64,000 nucleotides of DNA, taken from NCBI GenBank assembly GCA_043775825.1, contig JAYVRX010000108.1:1764-65763 (forward strand), written 5' to 3'. Source of the DNA: Deinococcales bacterium (GTDB lineage Bacteria > Deinococcota > Deinococci > Deinococcales > JAAFIG01). The notes beneath the pieces were generated by a model. It was not told the origin of the DNA. It ran no database searches and saw only the letters and a list, made by a program, of their open reading frames with translations. Below, one piece after another: positions 29,101-38,374 of this stretch. The position numbers were made by a program, and so were the translations under genes. The number at the start of each line of letters is the position of its first letter. The first letter of the stretch is position 1.

Positions 29101-29939
29101 CTGCCCGTACCCAGTTTGGCTTCAGACAGGGCTTTGAGGCAGCGTTCACGCTCTAAGCTTCGTCCGATCATCGGCAGCCCAAGACCAATTTCGAGCGAGG
29201 CTCTGGGGACAATATTTGACATTGATTGCCCGCTTTGAATGCGTTCTGCCAGAACCCGCATTTTGCCCGAAACCACCTCGCCAATGTCTTTTAAGGCTTG
29301 CTTGAAATGTTCAAAATGATCTCGAGCCTCAGAAGATCGTCCCAGCACCAAACATGTGCGAATCACGGCAGCATTGGCGCGTTCGTTTAACGGATCAAGT
29401 CTGATTTGCGCCCTCGCCAGTCGAATCACATCCTCAAATGCCCCTGCGTTTTCTGCCAGATGCTCGAGTTTGCGTAAACCAGCGGTCAGTTCGACTTGCC
29501 ACTGATCTCGAGCCTCAAAGACCCAATCGTCGGTAAACCCTTTTAATAACTCGAGTTGGCTGGCATTGATGATGAAATTGGCAATTTGGGAATCATGGTT
29601 TTCACCAATGCTGCTTAATGCTTGCCGAACCTCTGCCAGATCAAGCTGCGCCCCAGAAGGCTCGAGTTGCACCGTGTCCCGATCAGCCGCGAAAATATCT
29701 TGTCCAAGCGATTGCGAAACCCGCCACAGCAATTGACTGAGGTTTTTGCGCCCAGAGGCTCGAGATTCTACAGCCCAAAAAACACTTGCCAAATCATCAC
29801 GGTCATGCAGCGAATCATAAAAACTGCAATATGCCACAAGTTGACGCTCGAGTTTGGAATGAAATTTCACGGGCAAACCTGCGGTATTCACAACCGCCAA
29901 TTCGCCTAAAATGTTGATTTGGATCACTGCCTTCATCAA
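26112..29939 (-). CDS. SARP/BTAD-AAA(STAND)-TPR transcriptional regulator with C-terminal HTH
   Basis: N-terminal winged-helix/BTAD (DPLNERA), GEPGIGKTRL, IDDIQWAD, GNPLF, TPR array, C-terminal PTVDDLARALDSSVATIKRDL HTH. Confidence 0.8.
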   Translation of the reverse strand: MMKAVIQINILGELAVVNTAGLPVKFHSKLERQLVAYCSFYDSLHDRDDLASVFWAVESRASGRKNLSQLLWRVSQSLGQDIFAADRDTVQLEPSGAQLDLAEVRQALSSIGENHDSQIANFIINASQLELLKGFTDDWVFEARDQWQVELTAGLRKLEHLAENAGAFEDVIRLARAQIRLDPLNERANAAVIRTCLVLGRSSEARDHFEHFKQALKDIGEVVSGKMRVLAERIQSGQSMSNIVPRASLEIGLGLPMIGRSLERERCLKALSEAKLGTGRIILIEGEPGIGKTRLLQSLTDDATWRGQNVLRATAQEFRQLEPYLVIQEMLTDNLGSLRLEALRSQIDEMWLQEAARVIPKLGAAKTSRLVLDDLYDLQRLRESLIEILKTLAKIQPIVIVIDDIQWADDASLELLVSLARSLETMPMALVIGFRSLEAREKPDVWQCIESLDRHAFTIRIQLEAFTRDKIKQLAQKALGINVLPEVVAHFEQVSQGNPLFVLETLKVLLETGAALEDQQHWISRFQTMPLPTGLREVVVSRLSRLEPQTLEVIQLAAAIGTSFDFELLQDLTQISTLALLDTLDALIRTGFLQEIEPGFGFAHDQLRQTVYTQLPEVVRLQLHARILQTLKARGSDAPEILATHAERANQPALAKRYRLKSAERSLELHAYQQVLADLEAIGDLAQSDFDSLEQIRFLETRIRADGVQNNTERMLTDLNELEERVLDQPLKRLEVLTRRARALSTIGRTSEALALIEDASAIAREAEPIDQARVLIAQGSIFLTGGGPFDVALAPLEKAVRLCVEFGLSLEAEARGNLGLAFTYLGRFEQALHELQSATAIAQQTNDTFKEASLQGRIASLYMMHSYFSEAIPFLERAVRLCDLIGLRQEKVLNLANLGLVSFQLGNLERGFDYYERALALAVAIGARSLEGHILAVTALYKYLARDPNMAAQQIKKALQIQIELNAHSRQCFILSQLGLLYFWSGELEESQHHLEQAIKLGAQIKDIHGEMNARIWLIEIKIQQGLYPQAREMATLGLQSSLEHQCPNEEQQFKRLLATTEYQTKNFVSALEIIEECLPESGKHLGVRIYGFYAFHLLHFKILSALRLESRALKALSLARSNLEIEFQNFPVSERAGLRKAIPVLNEIILLCEQLLEQNSIVQLASRDAPIGRSLQAHEYRQITWTVRTPEDDQILDKTKRRQHQLERLCSQALEQGAAPTVDDLARALDSSVATIKRDLAALRANGVNLETRGTRATSTNTKNDVLQPLRLT

Positions 29940-29973
29940 CGCTCCCCATGTTTGAAGCTCGAGTTTAACAAGC

Positions 29974-30534
29974 TCAGTTTGGTTGGTGTTTCAGGGCTTG
30001 CCAATCGAGGTTCAGCATCGCGTATGCCGCATGATCTACCCGTTTGTCATGCAGTGTCCAAACTTCACGCAAGACACCCTCGAATGAAAATCCAAGCCGT
30101 TGTGCCACGGCTCGAGATTTTAGATTATCCACGTGTGCCTGCAACTCGAGCCTGTTCAGTTGAAGGTCGTCGAAGACAAAACCCAACATGGCTTGTACGG
30201 CTTTGGTCATGATGCCGCGCCCACTGGCTTCTTGCCCAAGCCAGTAACCGATCATGGTGCTGCTTGCATTCTTATCTACTGGAAAAAACAAAATCCCACC
30301 CACCATGCGATGCTCGAGCCAAATCCCAACCCAAGGCAGACCATCATCGCTATACCGTGTGATGCCACGTTTGATAAAATTTTGGGCTTGCTCGAGCGTC
30401 TGAATCGTATGACCCCACTCCAGCCAGATACCCAAATGCTCGCGGTTGCCGAGCACAAACTCTAAAAATTCTGCTGCGTGACGCAACTCGAGAAACCGCA
30501 AATCTGCACCGTCGCCAAGATCATGTTTGAACAT
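29974..30534 (-). CDS. RimJ/RimL-type GNAT acetyltransferase
   Basis: IGYWLG...GRGIMT, NLKSRAVAQRLGF.FEG. Confidence 0.85.
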   Translation of the reverse strand: MFKHDLGDGADLRFLELRHAAEFLEFVLGNREHLGIWLEWGHTIQTLEQAQNFIKRGITRYSDDGLPWVGIWLEHRMVGGILFFPVDKNASSTMIGYWLGQEASGRGIMTKAVQAMLGFVFDDLQLNRLELQAHVDNLKSRAVAQRLGFSFEGVLREVWTLHDKRVDHAAYAMLNLDWQALKHQPN

Positions 30535-30584
30535 GCACCATCAAACCATGTCTCGAGGCTCGAGTGTATTCTTCAAATGGCGTA

Positions 30585-31733
30585 TCACGTCCATTGGTAC
30601 GGATCAAACAAACGGCTGTACTCATCCATTGCAAAACGATCCGTCATGCCCGCCAGGTAATCACAGACCGCACGTTCAAGTCCAACCAGTTCAACCCGCA
30701 CTCGAGCACCGTCAGGCATCATGCTTGGGCGTTTGATAAAGGCATCGAACAACGCCGTGAGGATATGCTCGGCTTTGTGAACCTGGCGTTCTTTGCGGTA
30801 ATGTCGGTAGAGGTTGGCATACAAAAACGCCTTGAGTTCTTTTAGCTCAGCACTCACATCTTCCGAATGTCCCACGAGCGTCGTTTTGGCATGACGTACC
30901 TTCTCGAGACTCGAAATCTTTTGTTGCTCGAGCGCTGTATCGGTGGTGGTCACGATGTCGGTAATCACCCAACCCAACAATTCTCGAATCAATATACGGC
31001 GTTCAAATTCACTGACTTGTTTGGGATCAAAGCCAAGCTCTGAAGTAAAACGCTGCCAGACTTTCAACTCGAGCAGCATCTCGTCAACCAGTAAACCACT
31101 GCGCAAACCATCATCCAAATCATGAGTGTTGTACGCGGTTTCATCGGCAATGTTGGCAATTTGTGCCTCAAGCGACGCCCTCCAGCCAGGCTCGAAATCG
31201 TTGACATCGGTAATATCCGATTCGGTTTCATGCTTGACCATGCCCTCGAGTATTTCCCATGCCAGGTTTAAACCCTCCCAGTCTTCATAGCGCTTCTCGA
31301 GTTTGGTCACCACCCGAAAAGACTGCTTGTTGTGGTCAAAACCACCCGCGTTTTGCATCAATTCGTTCAAAATTCGTTCGCCCGCATGACCAAACGGCGG
31401 ATGACCAAGATCATGTGCCAATGCCACCGTTTCAGTTAAATCCTCGTTCACCCCGAGCGCCCGCGCTATCGTTTTCGCCACCTGTGCCACCTCGAGCGTG
31501 TGGGTTAAACGCGTGCGGTAATGATCGCCCTCGGTGTTGACGAACACCTGGGTTTTGTACTCGAGCCTTCTGAACGCGCCCGTGTGAATCACTCGGTCAC
31601 GGTCTTTTTGAAAAACCGTTCGGTAAGCACTTTCTTCTTCGGGGTGCAACCTCCCCTTGGATTCTGCGCTCAGAACCGCATACGGCGCTAAAGTTAGTCG
31701 TTCGTTTTGCTCGAGTTTCGCGCGGTTGAACAT
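30585..31733 (-). CDS. dgt: Deoxyguanosinetriphosphate triphosphohydrolase-like protein
   Basis: RRLEYKTQV, RTRLTHTLEV, HDLGHPPFGHAGE, DYLAGMTD; start at 31733 after a TACACT box. Confidence 0.9.
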   Translation of the reverse strand: MFNRAKLEQNERLTLAPYAVLSAESKGRLHPEEESAYRTVFQKDRDRVIHTGAFRRLEYKTQVFVNTEGDHYRTRLTHTLEVAQVAKTIARALGVNEDLTETVALAHDLGHPPFGHAGERILNELMQNAGGFDHNKQSFRVVTKLEKRYEDWEGLNLAWEILEGMVKHETESDITDVNDFEPGWRASLEAQIANIADETAYNTHDLDDGLRSGLLVDEMLLELKVWQRFTSELGFDPKQVSEFERRILIRELLGWVITDIVTTTDTALEQQKISSLEKVRHAKTTLVGHSEDVSAELKELKAFLYANLYRHYRKERQVHKAEHILTALFDAFIKRPSMMPDGARVRVELVGLERAVCDYLAGMTDRFAMDEYSRLFDPYQWT

Positions 31734-31913
31734 GACAGATAGTGTACAGGAACTCAGCAATAACGTGTTTTTGAGTTGTTAAAAACCCTATTTGATCCCT
31801 CGAGAATTCAACAAAGCTCCAAGGAGAGAAGGCGACCCCGCCCGCCAGGTGCACGTTTGGGGGCAAGAAGGTTGAGGATGAGAGGTGCACAAGATTGCTG
31901 CTTTTTCTGAAAT

Positions 31914-33776
31914 CTACCCAAGCAATCGGTTCAACCGCTTGACAAAATCCACCCGATCAGGAATTTCTGCCCCCTCGAGCAACAACGATTGAACCAACAG
32001 CACGTGCGCGGTGTCGTCTAAGGTTTCGTCCGTTGCATCTTTTAAACTCACGATCAACGGATGGTTCGGGTTTAATTCGAGAATCGGTTTGACGGCTGGC
32101 ATTTCCGATTCGCGTCCCATTTGGCGCAGCGTGGCTTGCATTTGGAATGTCGGGTCGGTGTCATCGGTGACCACACAAGCTGGAGACTCGAGCAGACGGC
32201 TTGAAGCTTTGACATCTTTGACCAGATCGGCAAGCGCGGTTTTAATGCGCTCAATTACGGGGGCGGCTTCTTTTGCGGCTTTTTCGTCCGTCTCAGATTT
32301 TAATTCATCGGCGACATCGCCACGGTTAACGGCTTTCAACTCGAAGTCCTTGTACTTGCCGTACCCTTGAATCACAATGTCATCAATCTCGTCATCGCAA
32401 ATCAAAACCTCAATGTCCTTTTTGCGGTACGCCTCGAGCAACGGACTGGCACGAAGCACGTGTTCAGTGCCACCCGTAATAAAGTAAATCGCTTTCTGAT
32501 CGGCTTGCATTCGCGCTTGGTACTCGGCAAAACCTGTTAATCCAGATTCTTTGCTTGACTTAAACCGCACCAATTCGGCTATCGCGTCACGGTTTTCAAA
32601 ATCCTGGTACAAACCCTCTTTTAATGGACGGTTAAACGCCGCAATGAACGTGTCCCAAGTGTCTTTCTTCTCAGAAGCAATCCTGGCGAATTCCGAGATC
32701 AATTTCTTGACTGTTGCCGTGCGAATGCTTTTCATGATCTTGTTTTGCTGCAATATTTCTCGAGAGACGTTTAACGGCAAATCCTCGGAGTCAATCACGC
32801 CCTGCACAAATCGCAACCAGGTCGGCAGCAATTCTTTATCGTCATCGGTGATAAACACGCGGCGCACGTACAATTTCACGCCAGGTTTGTAATTGGCGTG
32901 ATACAAATCAAACGGCGCGGTTTTGGGAACAAACAACAAACTGGTGTACTGAATCGTGCCTTCGGCTTTGTTGTGCAACCAAAAAAGCGGTTCATCCATG
33001 CCGTGGCTACCGGACTTGAAAAACTCGATGTAATCCTCGTCTTTCAGATCAGATTTCGCTCGAGACCAGATCGCGCTGGCGGAATTGATTTGTTCCACCG
33101 TTTGGGTTTTGGTGTTTTCAGCGCCATCCTGTCCGTATTCAGTTTTTTCAAAGTGCAAGAAAATCGGGAAGGCAATATGGTTCGAGTATTTTTTCACCAG
33201 TTGCTCGAGTTGCCAACGGTTGGCGTACTCGTTGCCTTCCTCGTTCAAATACAATTTAATCAGTGTGCCTTGAGTGTCTTTGGTTGCAGGCTCGAGATCA
33301 TACCCGCCCTTGCCGTCCGAACTCCATTTCCAGGCTTCAGCCTCACCCGCACGGCGCGAAGTCACCTCAACTTTATTTGCCACCATAAACGCCGAGTAAA
33401 ACCCGACGCCAAACTGCCCAATCAAATTGGAATCTTTTTTCGCATCACCCGAAAGCCCAGCCAGAAAGCTTTTCGTACCACTTTTGGCAATTGTTCCCAA
33501 ATGTTCGACCAGATCGGTTTGGTTCATGCCAATGCCGTTGTCCTCAATCTCGAGCGTGCGCTCTGAGGTTGTATCATCAAAACGCAAATCAATGCGCGGC
33601 GACCAAGTGACTTGCTTGAATTGATCGTCTGTGATGGTCGCGTACTTGAACTTGTCAATCGCGTCATTGGCATTCGAGATCAACTCGCGCAAAAAGATTT
33701 CCTTGTGGCTGTAAAGCGAATGAATGATGAGGTGTAAGAGTTGATTGACTTCGGTTTGAAATTCGTGTTTGGGCAT
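31914..33776 (-). CDS. htpG: Molecular chaperone HtpG (Hsp90)
   Basis: FLRELISNA, DNGIGM, IGQFGVGFYSAF, DLPLNVSRE, LELNPNHP. Confidence 0.95.
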   Translation of the reverse strand: MPKHEFQTEVNQLLHLIIHSLYSHKEIFLRELISNANDAIDKFKYATITDDQFKQVTWSPRIDLRFDDTTSERTLEIEDNGIGMNQTDLVEHLGTIAKSGTKSFLAGLSGDAKKDSNLIGQFGVGFYSAFMVANKVEVTSRRAGEAEAWKWSSDGKGGYDLEPATKDTQGTLIKLYLNEEGNEYANRWQLEQLVKKYSNHIAFPIFLHFEKTEYGQDGAENTKTQTVEQINSASAIWSRAKSDLKDEDYIEFFKSGSHGMDEPLFWLHNKAEGTIQYTSLLFVPKTAPFDLYHANYKPGVKLYVRRVFITDDDKELLPTWLRFVQGVIDSEDLPLNVSREILQQNKIMKSIRTATVKKLISEFARIASEKKDTWDTFIAAFNRPLKEGLYQDFENRDAIAELVRFKSSKESGLTGFAEYQARMQADQKAIYFITGGTEHVLRASPLLEAYRKKDIEVLICDDEIDDIVIQGYGKYKDFELKAVNRGDVADELKSETDEKAAKEAAPVIERIKTALADLVKDVKASSRLLESPACVVTDDTDPTFQMQATLRQMGRESEMPAVKPILELNPNHPLIVSLKDATDETLDDTAHVLLVQSLLLEGAEIPDRVDFVKRLNRLLG

Positions 33777-34002
33777 GATGGGTTTTCCCTCCAGAATCAG
33801 AACAAGCTACGTTCTCGACACGATTTTACCGTGCTCAGAATAATGTCGCAAGATCAAATTGACTTGAACTCGAGCAGTAGCCTGTCCGCCATAATTTGAT
33901 GGCTAGGATTTTTGTGCAGTACACGTTTTGAAACTCGAGATACCCACCATAATACTGAACGCGCCAGTAGGGTGCGCCATGTGCACCAAACGCATTCAGA
34001 GC

Positions 34003-35697
34003 TTATCTCGGAACAAACACAATCGCGTTCGGCACGGCTCGAGACGCACTGTTTGGCAGCATTCCTCCTGCCAGAAAAACTTGCGCACTGCCTCCAGAAT
34101 CCAACCGCATTGCCTCTTTTAAACCTGTCGCAACCAAGGCTCGAGCAAACTCTTCTGGCGTGCCAGACTCGAGGTACGCGACCACCCAATTGTTTTGCTG
34201 GTCAATGCCAATGGCAACCTGCTTGGTTTTGCGCCAGATTTCTTTGCTGGTGTCAAAGCCTTCACTTAAGGCATTCACGGCGTATACGCCATTGGTCACG
34301 AGCTTTGGTCCTGCGGCAAGAATATCTTGGGCGCTGGCGAACAGTGGGTCAGACCAAGTTGTGCTGATGATGAGGCTATCATTGATGTTTGCGGTGAATC
34401 CAGGAAATGCCAGTGGATTCAAACTAAACGTGATTTGACCAAGCATTGGCGTGAAATTTTCATCATGAATCTCGAGAATTTTAGCGTCCTGCACCACCAA
34501 GGTGATAAATCCTAAAGCGCCCGTTGGGGTAAAACCATCGCCAACAAAATACGTCAACCATTGCGGATGCGGCGCGGCTCGAGTGGTGTTAACGCCAAAC
34601 GTCTTGCCATTCAAACTCAAATTCAGCCGAACTTTTGGAGTGCCCCAGACGGCTCGAGTTCCAAAAAGATCGTCGGTCAGCAGCCCCAGGGTCGCACGGT
34701 TTCCCCTGGCATAACTGAGGATTTGATTGTTAATCACAACCAAATCGACACTTAAGCTTTGAGCGACATCGTAATAGCCACCATTTACCGCAACCACCGC
34801 GTTTGCATCTTCGGCGTACTCGAGCGCGGTTTTGCCGCCACCAAGACCTGCTGTGACCACTTGTGGTTTGAACTTTCCAGCCTCGAGCGTGACCAAATGC
34901 AATTGATTGGCAACCGAATAGTTGATGCCAGTCGGTGTTATTCCAGGTGTTGGCATCGGCGCGTCTGGAATCACCACATCTACCACCACACGGTCTGGAT
35001 TGGTCAGGCTGGAAAGTTGTACCGTCGCGTGTTTGGAAATTTCAAGCTCGAGAATTGCATTTAAACCATCAGGTACAAGCCGCGCCCTCGAGAGGGATTC
35101 ACCGCCGACAGGAATAAGTCTGCTTGCGCTTAAAAACGTATTCTCGAGATGGATTTTGATCCTATTGTTCGAGACTTGCTCCAAACTGGCAAGACTTGGT
35201 TTTGAAATGTCCACTGCAACTCTGCCGGCGCGACCTCTTGAAGCTCGAGCATCGAGAACTTGCACAAATCCACCCAAAGGCATAAATGGCGTGTCCTGAT
35301 CTGCCTCAAGGTTGATATTGGCATTGTTCAGATCACCCGGTGGCGTAAGGGTAAATCCGAGTTCGGTTAACGTTTGAACCTGCACAAACACTTGATTCTC
35401 GAGCGGCAACGGTGCTTGTAAATACGTGAGCAGCTCGTTTTGTGCCAACCAGCCCTTTAAGGGCACAAACTCGAGCGTCAAACCGCCACGTTTTAACCTC
35501 AACTGTGCAGACAAACCCGACTGCAAGACCGTCACGCCAAAACGTTCCAAACTCGAGATTGGAATCAAATCCAAACCAGGTTTCAGATCAACTCGAGATT
35601 CCAAAACTGGCAGCAGCGGTTCGCCAGCGAAAGTGACTGGCGCGGCGAGAGCACTCGAAACGGCAACAAAAACACTGAAAGCAACAAAACGAATCAC
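34003..35697 (-). CDS. Secreted phosphodiester glycosidase (NAGPA-family) protein
   Basis: Signal peptide, AMIN-like PDRVVVD, AVNGGYY, AGPKLV, RLDSGGS, RAVPNAI. Confidence 0.75.
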   Translation of the reverse strand: MIRFVAFSVFVAVSSALAAPVTFAGEPLLPVLESRVDLKPGLDLIPISSLERFGVTVLQSGLSAQLRLKRGGLTLEFVPLKGWLAQNELLTYLQAPLPLENQVFVQVQTLTELGFTLTPPGDLNNANINLEADQDTPFMPLGGFVQVLDARASRGRAGRVAVDISKPSLASLEQVSNNRIKIHLENTFLSASRLIPVGGESLSRARLVPDGLNAILELEISKHATVQLSSLTNPDRVVVDVVIPDAPMPTPGITPTGINYSVANQLHLVTLEAGKFKPQVVTAGLGGGKTALEYAEDANAVVAVNGGYYDVAQSLSVDLVVINNQILSYARGNRATLGLLTDDLFGTRAVWGTPKVRLNLSLNGKTFGVNTTRAAPHPQWLTYFVGDGFTPTGALGFITLVVQDAKILEIHDENFTPMLGQITFSLNPLAFPGFTANINDSLIISTTWSDPLFASAQDILAAGPKLVTNGVYAVNALSEGFDTSKEIWRKTKQVAIGIDQQNNWVVAYLESGTPEEFARALVATGLKEAMRLDSGGSAQVFLAGGMLPNSASRAVPNAIVFVPR

Positions 35698-35858
35698 AAC
35701 ACATGCTAACGATCAGTACACTCAAGAATCTGAGAAAAACCTCAATAGCTGCCCGTTTCAACCCTCACTTGATACATTTGCTTTTACTCAAACCTCATCA
35801 AAGCTGGCTGTGTGATTTTAAGCACTCGAGAAACCCTGTACCCTGCTATACTTTTCAC

Positions 35859-36356
35859 ATGATAGAGCCAAGTATTGCACTATACGGGGAAGCGTTTGCG
35901 AAAGTTACTGCTTCGCTCGATGAATTACTGACCAAAGCACATGTTCGTTACGCCATGCTGGTAGACCGTAAAGGCTTTGTTCTGGCGCACCGTGAGGCAC
36001 TCTGGGCACCTAAACCGCCGACGCTAGATTCCATCGCCACCCTGATTGCGGGCAACGCCGCCGCCACCAGTGCGCTGGCAAAACTCTTGGGCGAACGCCG
36101 CTTCAACGAACTGGTACACCAAGGCGAACGCATTGGTTTGTACGTCGAAGAAATCTCGGACGAGGGTTTGCTGGTCGTGATTTTTGACGAAACCGCTCCG
36201 ATTGGGCGCGTCAAACTGTTCGCCAAAAAATCCATCGAAGAAATCGGCGGCTTAATTGATTCACTCGGAAGTGTCGAAACCACCAATGCCAACCTCGGTA
36301 ACGACTTTGCCCTCGACGCAAGCGCCTTACTCGACGATTTGTTCAAGGGGATGTAA
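35859..36356 (+). CDS. mglB: Roadblock/LC7 protein MglB
   Basis: Start MIEPS at 35859 after an extended -10 TGCTATACT; [21 protein letters not shown]; coupled to mglA. Confidence 0.85.
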   Translation: MIEPSIALYGEAFAKVTASLDELLTKAHVRYAMLVDRKGFVLAHREALWAPKPPTLDSIATLIAGNAAATSALAKLLGERRFNELVHQGERIGLYVEEISDEGLLVVIFDETAPIGRVKLFAKKSIEEIGGLIDSLGSVETTNANLGNDFALDASALLDDLFKGM

Positions 36357-36946
36357 TGTCAACCATTAATTTCGCGGCTCGAGAGATCAATTGTAAAATC
36401 GTGTACTACGGACCCGGTGTTGCCGGCAAAACCACCAACCTCAAATGGATTTACAAACAAGTTGACGACAGCGTTAAAGGCGAAATGGTTTCGCTCGCCA
36501 CCGAAGACGAACGTACCCTGTTCTTTGACTTTTTGCCGATAGATTTGGGTACAGTTCAAGGTTTTAAAACCCGTTTTCACCTGTACACCGTTCCAGGACA
36601 AGTTTTTTACAACGCCAGCCGCAAACTGATTTTGCGCGGCGTGGACGGCATTATTTTTGTTGCCGACAGCGCCCCAAATCGTCTTCGCGCCAACGCCGAA
36701 TCCATGCGCAACCTGCGCGAGAATTTGCAAGAATACAACCTGTCACTCGACGAAATTCCCATGATTGTCCAATTCAACAAACGCGACCTGCCCGACGCCA
36801 TGCCGATTGACATGCTTCGCGCTGTCGTTGACCCTAAAGGACAATTTCCCTTTCAAGAGGGCGCTGCCGCAAGTGGCGGCGGCGTGTTTGAAACATTACG
36901 CGCCGTGTCAAAAATGGTACTCGAGCGACTGGCAAAAAGTAAGTAG
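36356..36946 (+). CDS. mglA: Small GTPase MglA
   Basis: [37 protein letters not shown]. Confidence 0.92.
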   Translation: MSTINFAAREINCKIVYYGPGVAGKTTNLKWIYKQVDDSVKGEMVSLATEDERTLFFDFLPIDLGTVQGFKTRFHLYTVPGQVFYNASRKLILRGVDGIIFVADSAPNRLRANAESMRNLRENLQEYNLSLDEIPMIVQFNKRDLPDAMPIDMLRAVVDPKGQFPFQEGAAASGGGVFETLRAVSKMVLERLAKSK

Positions 36947-36954
36947 CAAATGGC

Positions 36955-36997
36955 AAAATCTCGAGTGTCCGATGGTTTGGACGCTCGAGATTTTTTT
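36955..36997 (+). terminator. Intrinsic terminator after mglA with CTCGAG in both arms
   Basis: AAAATCTCGAGTGTCC-GATGGTTT-GGACGCTCGAGATTTTTTT. Confidence 0.8.
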
Positions 36998-37061
36998 GGG
37001 ATTTGGCTCGAGGAAATGCAGCAAGTTGTCTCGAGAACGATGTAAGTTAGGTTTTGGCTCG

Positions 37062-38150
37062 CTATTTGCTCACTGCTAATTGCTTCGCTGTCCCCGCCAT
37101 ATTGTACGCCTGCTCGAGCATGACTTCGGTTTCTTCCCAACCCACGCACGCGTCGGTCACGCTGACACCGTACTCGAGTTTGGACTTGTCATGATCGGCA
37201 GGAATGCTTTGCTTTCCAGGGCGCAAGTTTGACTCGATCATCATGCCCACCAGATCGTGGCTGTTCTGCCCAAACTTTTGCTCGAGCGCGTCCGTCCAAG
37301 CGAGGCGCTGCTTGGTGTGGTCGTAAGAACTGTTGGCGTGAGAGCAGTCAATCATCACGGCGGCATTCAATTTTGCGCCACGCATTTTGTCGGCGGCATC
37401 GAGTACGTTACCAGCAGCAAAATTTGTGACATACTCCCTACCATTTCGTCCACCGCGCAAGATGACATGCCCGTCTGGGTTGCCGTTGGTTTGCACCACG
37501 CTCGCCAAACCCTCAGAGTTAATTCCCAGAAAAACCTGTGGGCTGCTCGAGGCAACAATGGCATCCACGGCGACTTGGGCGTTGCCTTCGGTACTGTTCT
37601 TAAAACCAATTGCCATAGAAAGCCCGCTCGCCATCGTGCGGTGCGTCTGCGATTCGGTGGTTCGTGCGCCAATCGCGCCCCAAGCCACCAAATCCGACAT
37701 AAACTGCGGCGCGAACGGATCGAGCATTTCGGTGGCGACACCCAAACCAAGTTCGTTGACTTTAATCATCAAATCACGGGTTTGCTTTAACCCTTCCAGA
37801 AAGTCATTGGTAAAGTTCATTTCTGGGTCATTCATGAAGCCGCGCCAACCAACCGTGGTGCGTGGTTTGTCCACGTAAACCCGCATCAAAATCAGCAACT
37901 TGTCCTCGTACTTTTTGGCAAGTGTTGCCAGTTTTTCGGCGTACTCGAGTGTCTGATGCGCGTCATGAACCGAGCAAGGACCAGCAATTACCACCAAGCG
38001 CGAATCGGTTTTGCGAATGATGTTCCGCACTCCAGCTCGAGCCTTCTCGACGGTGGCTCGAGCGGCTTCGGAGGTTGGGAGCAAAGCTTTGATTTCACCT
38101 GGAGTTGGCAAGGGCGTGAAACTGGCAATATTGACATTCTCGAGTGGCAT
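37062..38150 (-). CDS. 3-deoxy-7-phosphoheptulonate (DAHP) synthase, class I alpha (AroF/G/H type)
   Basis: GPCSVHD, KPRTTVGW, IGARTTESQTHR, GFKN, IDCSHANS, SVTDAC. Confidence 0.92.
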   Translation of the reverse strand: MPLENVNIASFTPLPTPGEIKALLPTSEAARATVEKARAGVRNIIRKTDSRLVVIAGPCSVHDAHQTLEYAEKLATLAKKYEDKLLILMRVYVDKPRTTVGWRGFMNDPEMNFTNDFLEGLKQTRDLMIKVNELGLGVATEMLDPFAPQFMSDLVAWGAIGARTTESQTHRTMASGLSMAIGFKNSTEGNAQVAVDAIVASSSPQVFLGINSEGLASVVQTNGNPDGHVILRGGRNGREYVTNFAAGNVLDAADKMRGAKLNAAVMIDCSHANSSYDHTKQRLAWTDALEQKFGQNSHDLVGMMIESNLRPGKQSIPADHDKSKLEYGVSVTDACVGWEETEVMLEQAYNMAGTAKQLAVSK

Positions 38151-38172
38151 GGTATTTCTCCTTATTTAGTCC

Positions 38173-38196
38173 AAAAAAAATCCCAGCGATGCTGGG
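38173..38196 (-). terminator. Attenuator terminator upstream of DAHP synthase
   Basis: Minus strand CCCAGC-ATC-GCTGGG-A-TTTTTTTT, 22 nt before the start codon. Confidence 0.8.
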
Positions 38197-38215
38197 CGGG
38201 TTTGATAAACTACAA

Positions 38216-38278
38216 TCAACGCCTGCCCGGTGGGAAACCGAACCAATACGCATAAAAATAGCTTGACGTGATTTGCAC
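38216..38278 (-). CDS. Leader peptide MQITSSYFYAYWFGFPPGRR (aromatic amino acid attenuator)
   Basis: GTG 38278 to TGA 38216; 3 Tyr, 3 Phe and 1 Trp within 9 codons; followed by the terminator; too short for the ORF track. Confidence 0.8.
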   Translation of the reverse strand: MQITSSYFYAYWFGFPPGRR

Positions 38279-38284
38279 GCGCTA

Positions 38285-38313
38285 AGCGTGACATGACAGA
38301 CAAAACTTGTCAA
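38285..38313 (-). promoter_or_regulatory. Sigma70 promoter driving leaderless leader peptide
   Basis: TTGACA (38313..38308), 17 nt ending in TG-N, CACGCT (38290..38285), 6 nt, then GTG. Confidence 0.7.
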
Positions 38314-38374
38314 CCCTGGCGCTCGAGCCACAAAAAATGACGAGGATTTCTCCTCGCCATGCACGGTTCAAAAC

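Noticed and set aside
31800-31905. GC-rich stretch between htpG and dgt considered as SRP RNA or another ncRNA
   Set aside because: No SRP domain IV motif and no tRNA cloverleaf. It is only loosely similar to 20711..20772 and 58081..58108 (possible degenerate repeat), too weak to call.
35859-36946. mglAB as a novel polarity system
   Set aside because: MglA/MglB are already well known from Thermus and Myxococcus; ordinary here.
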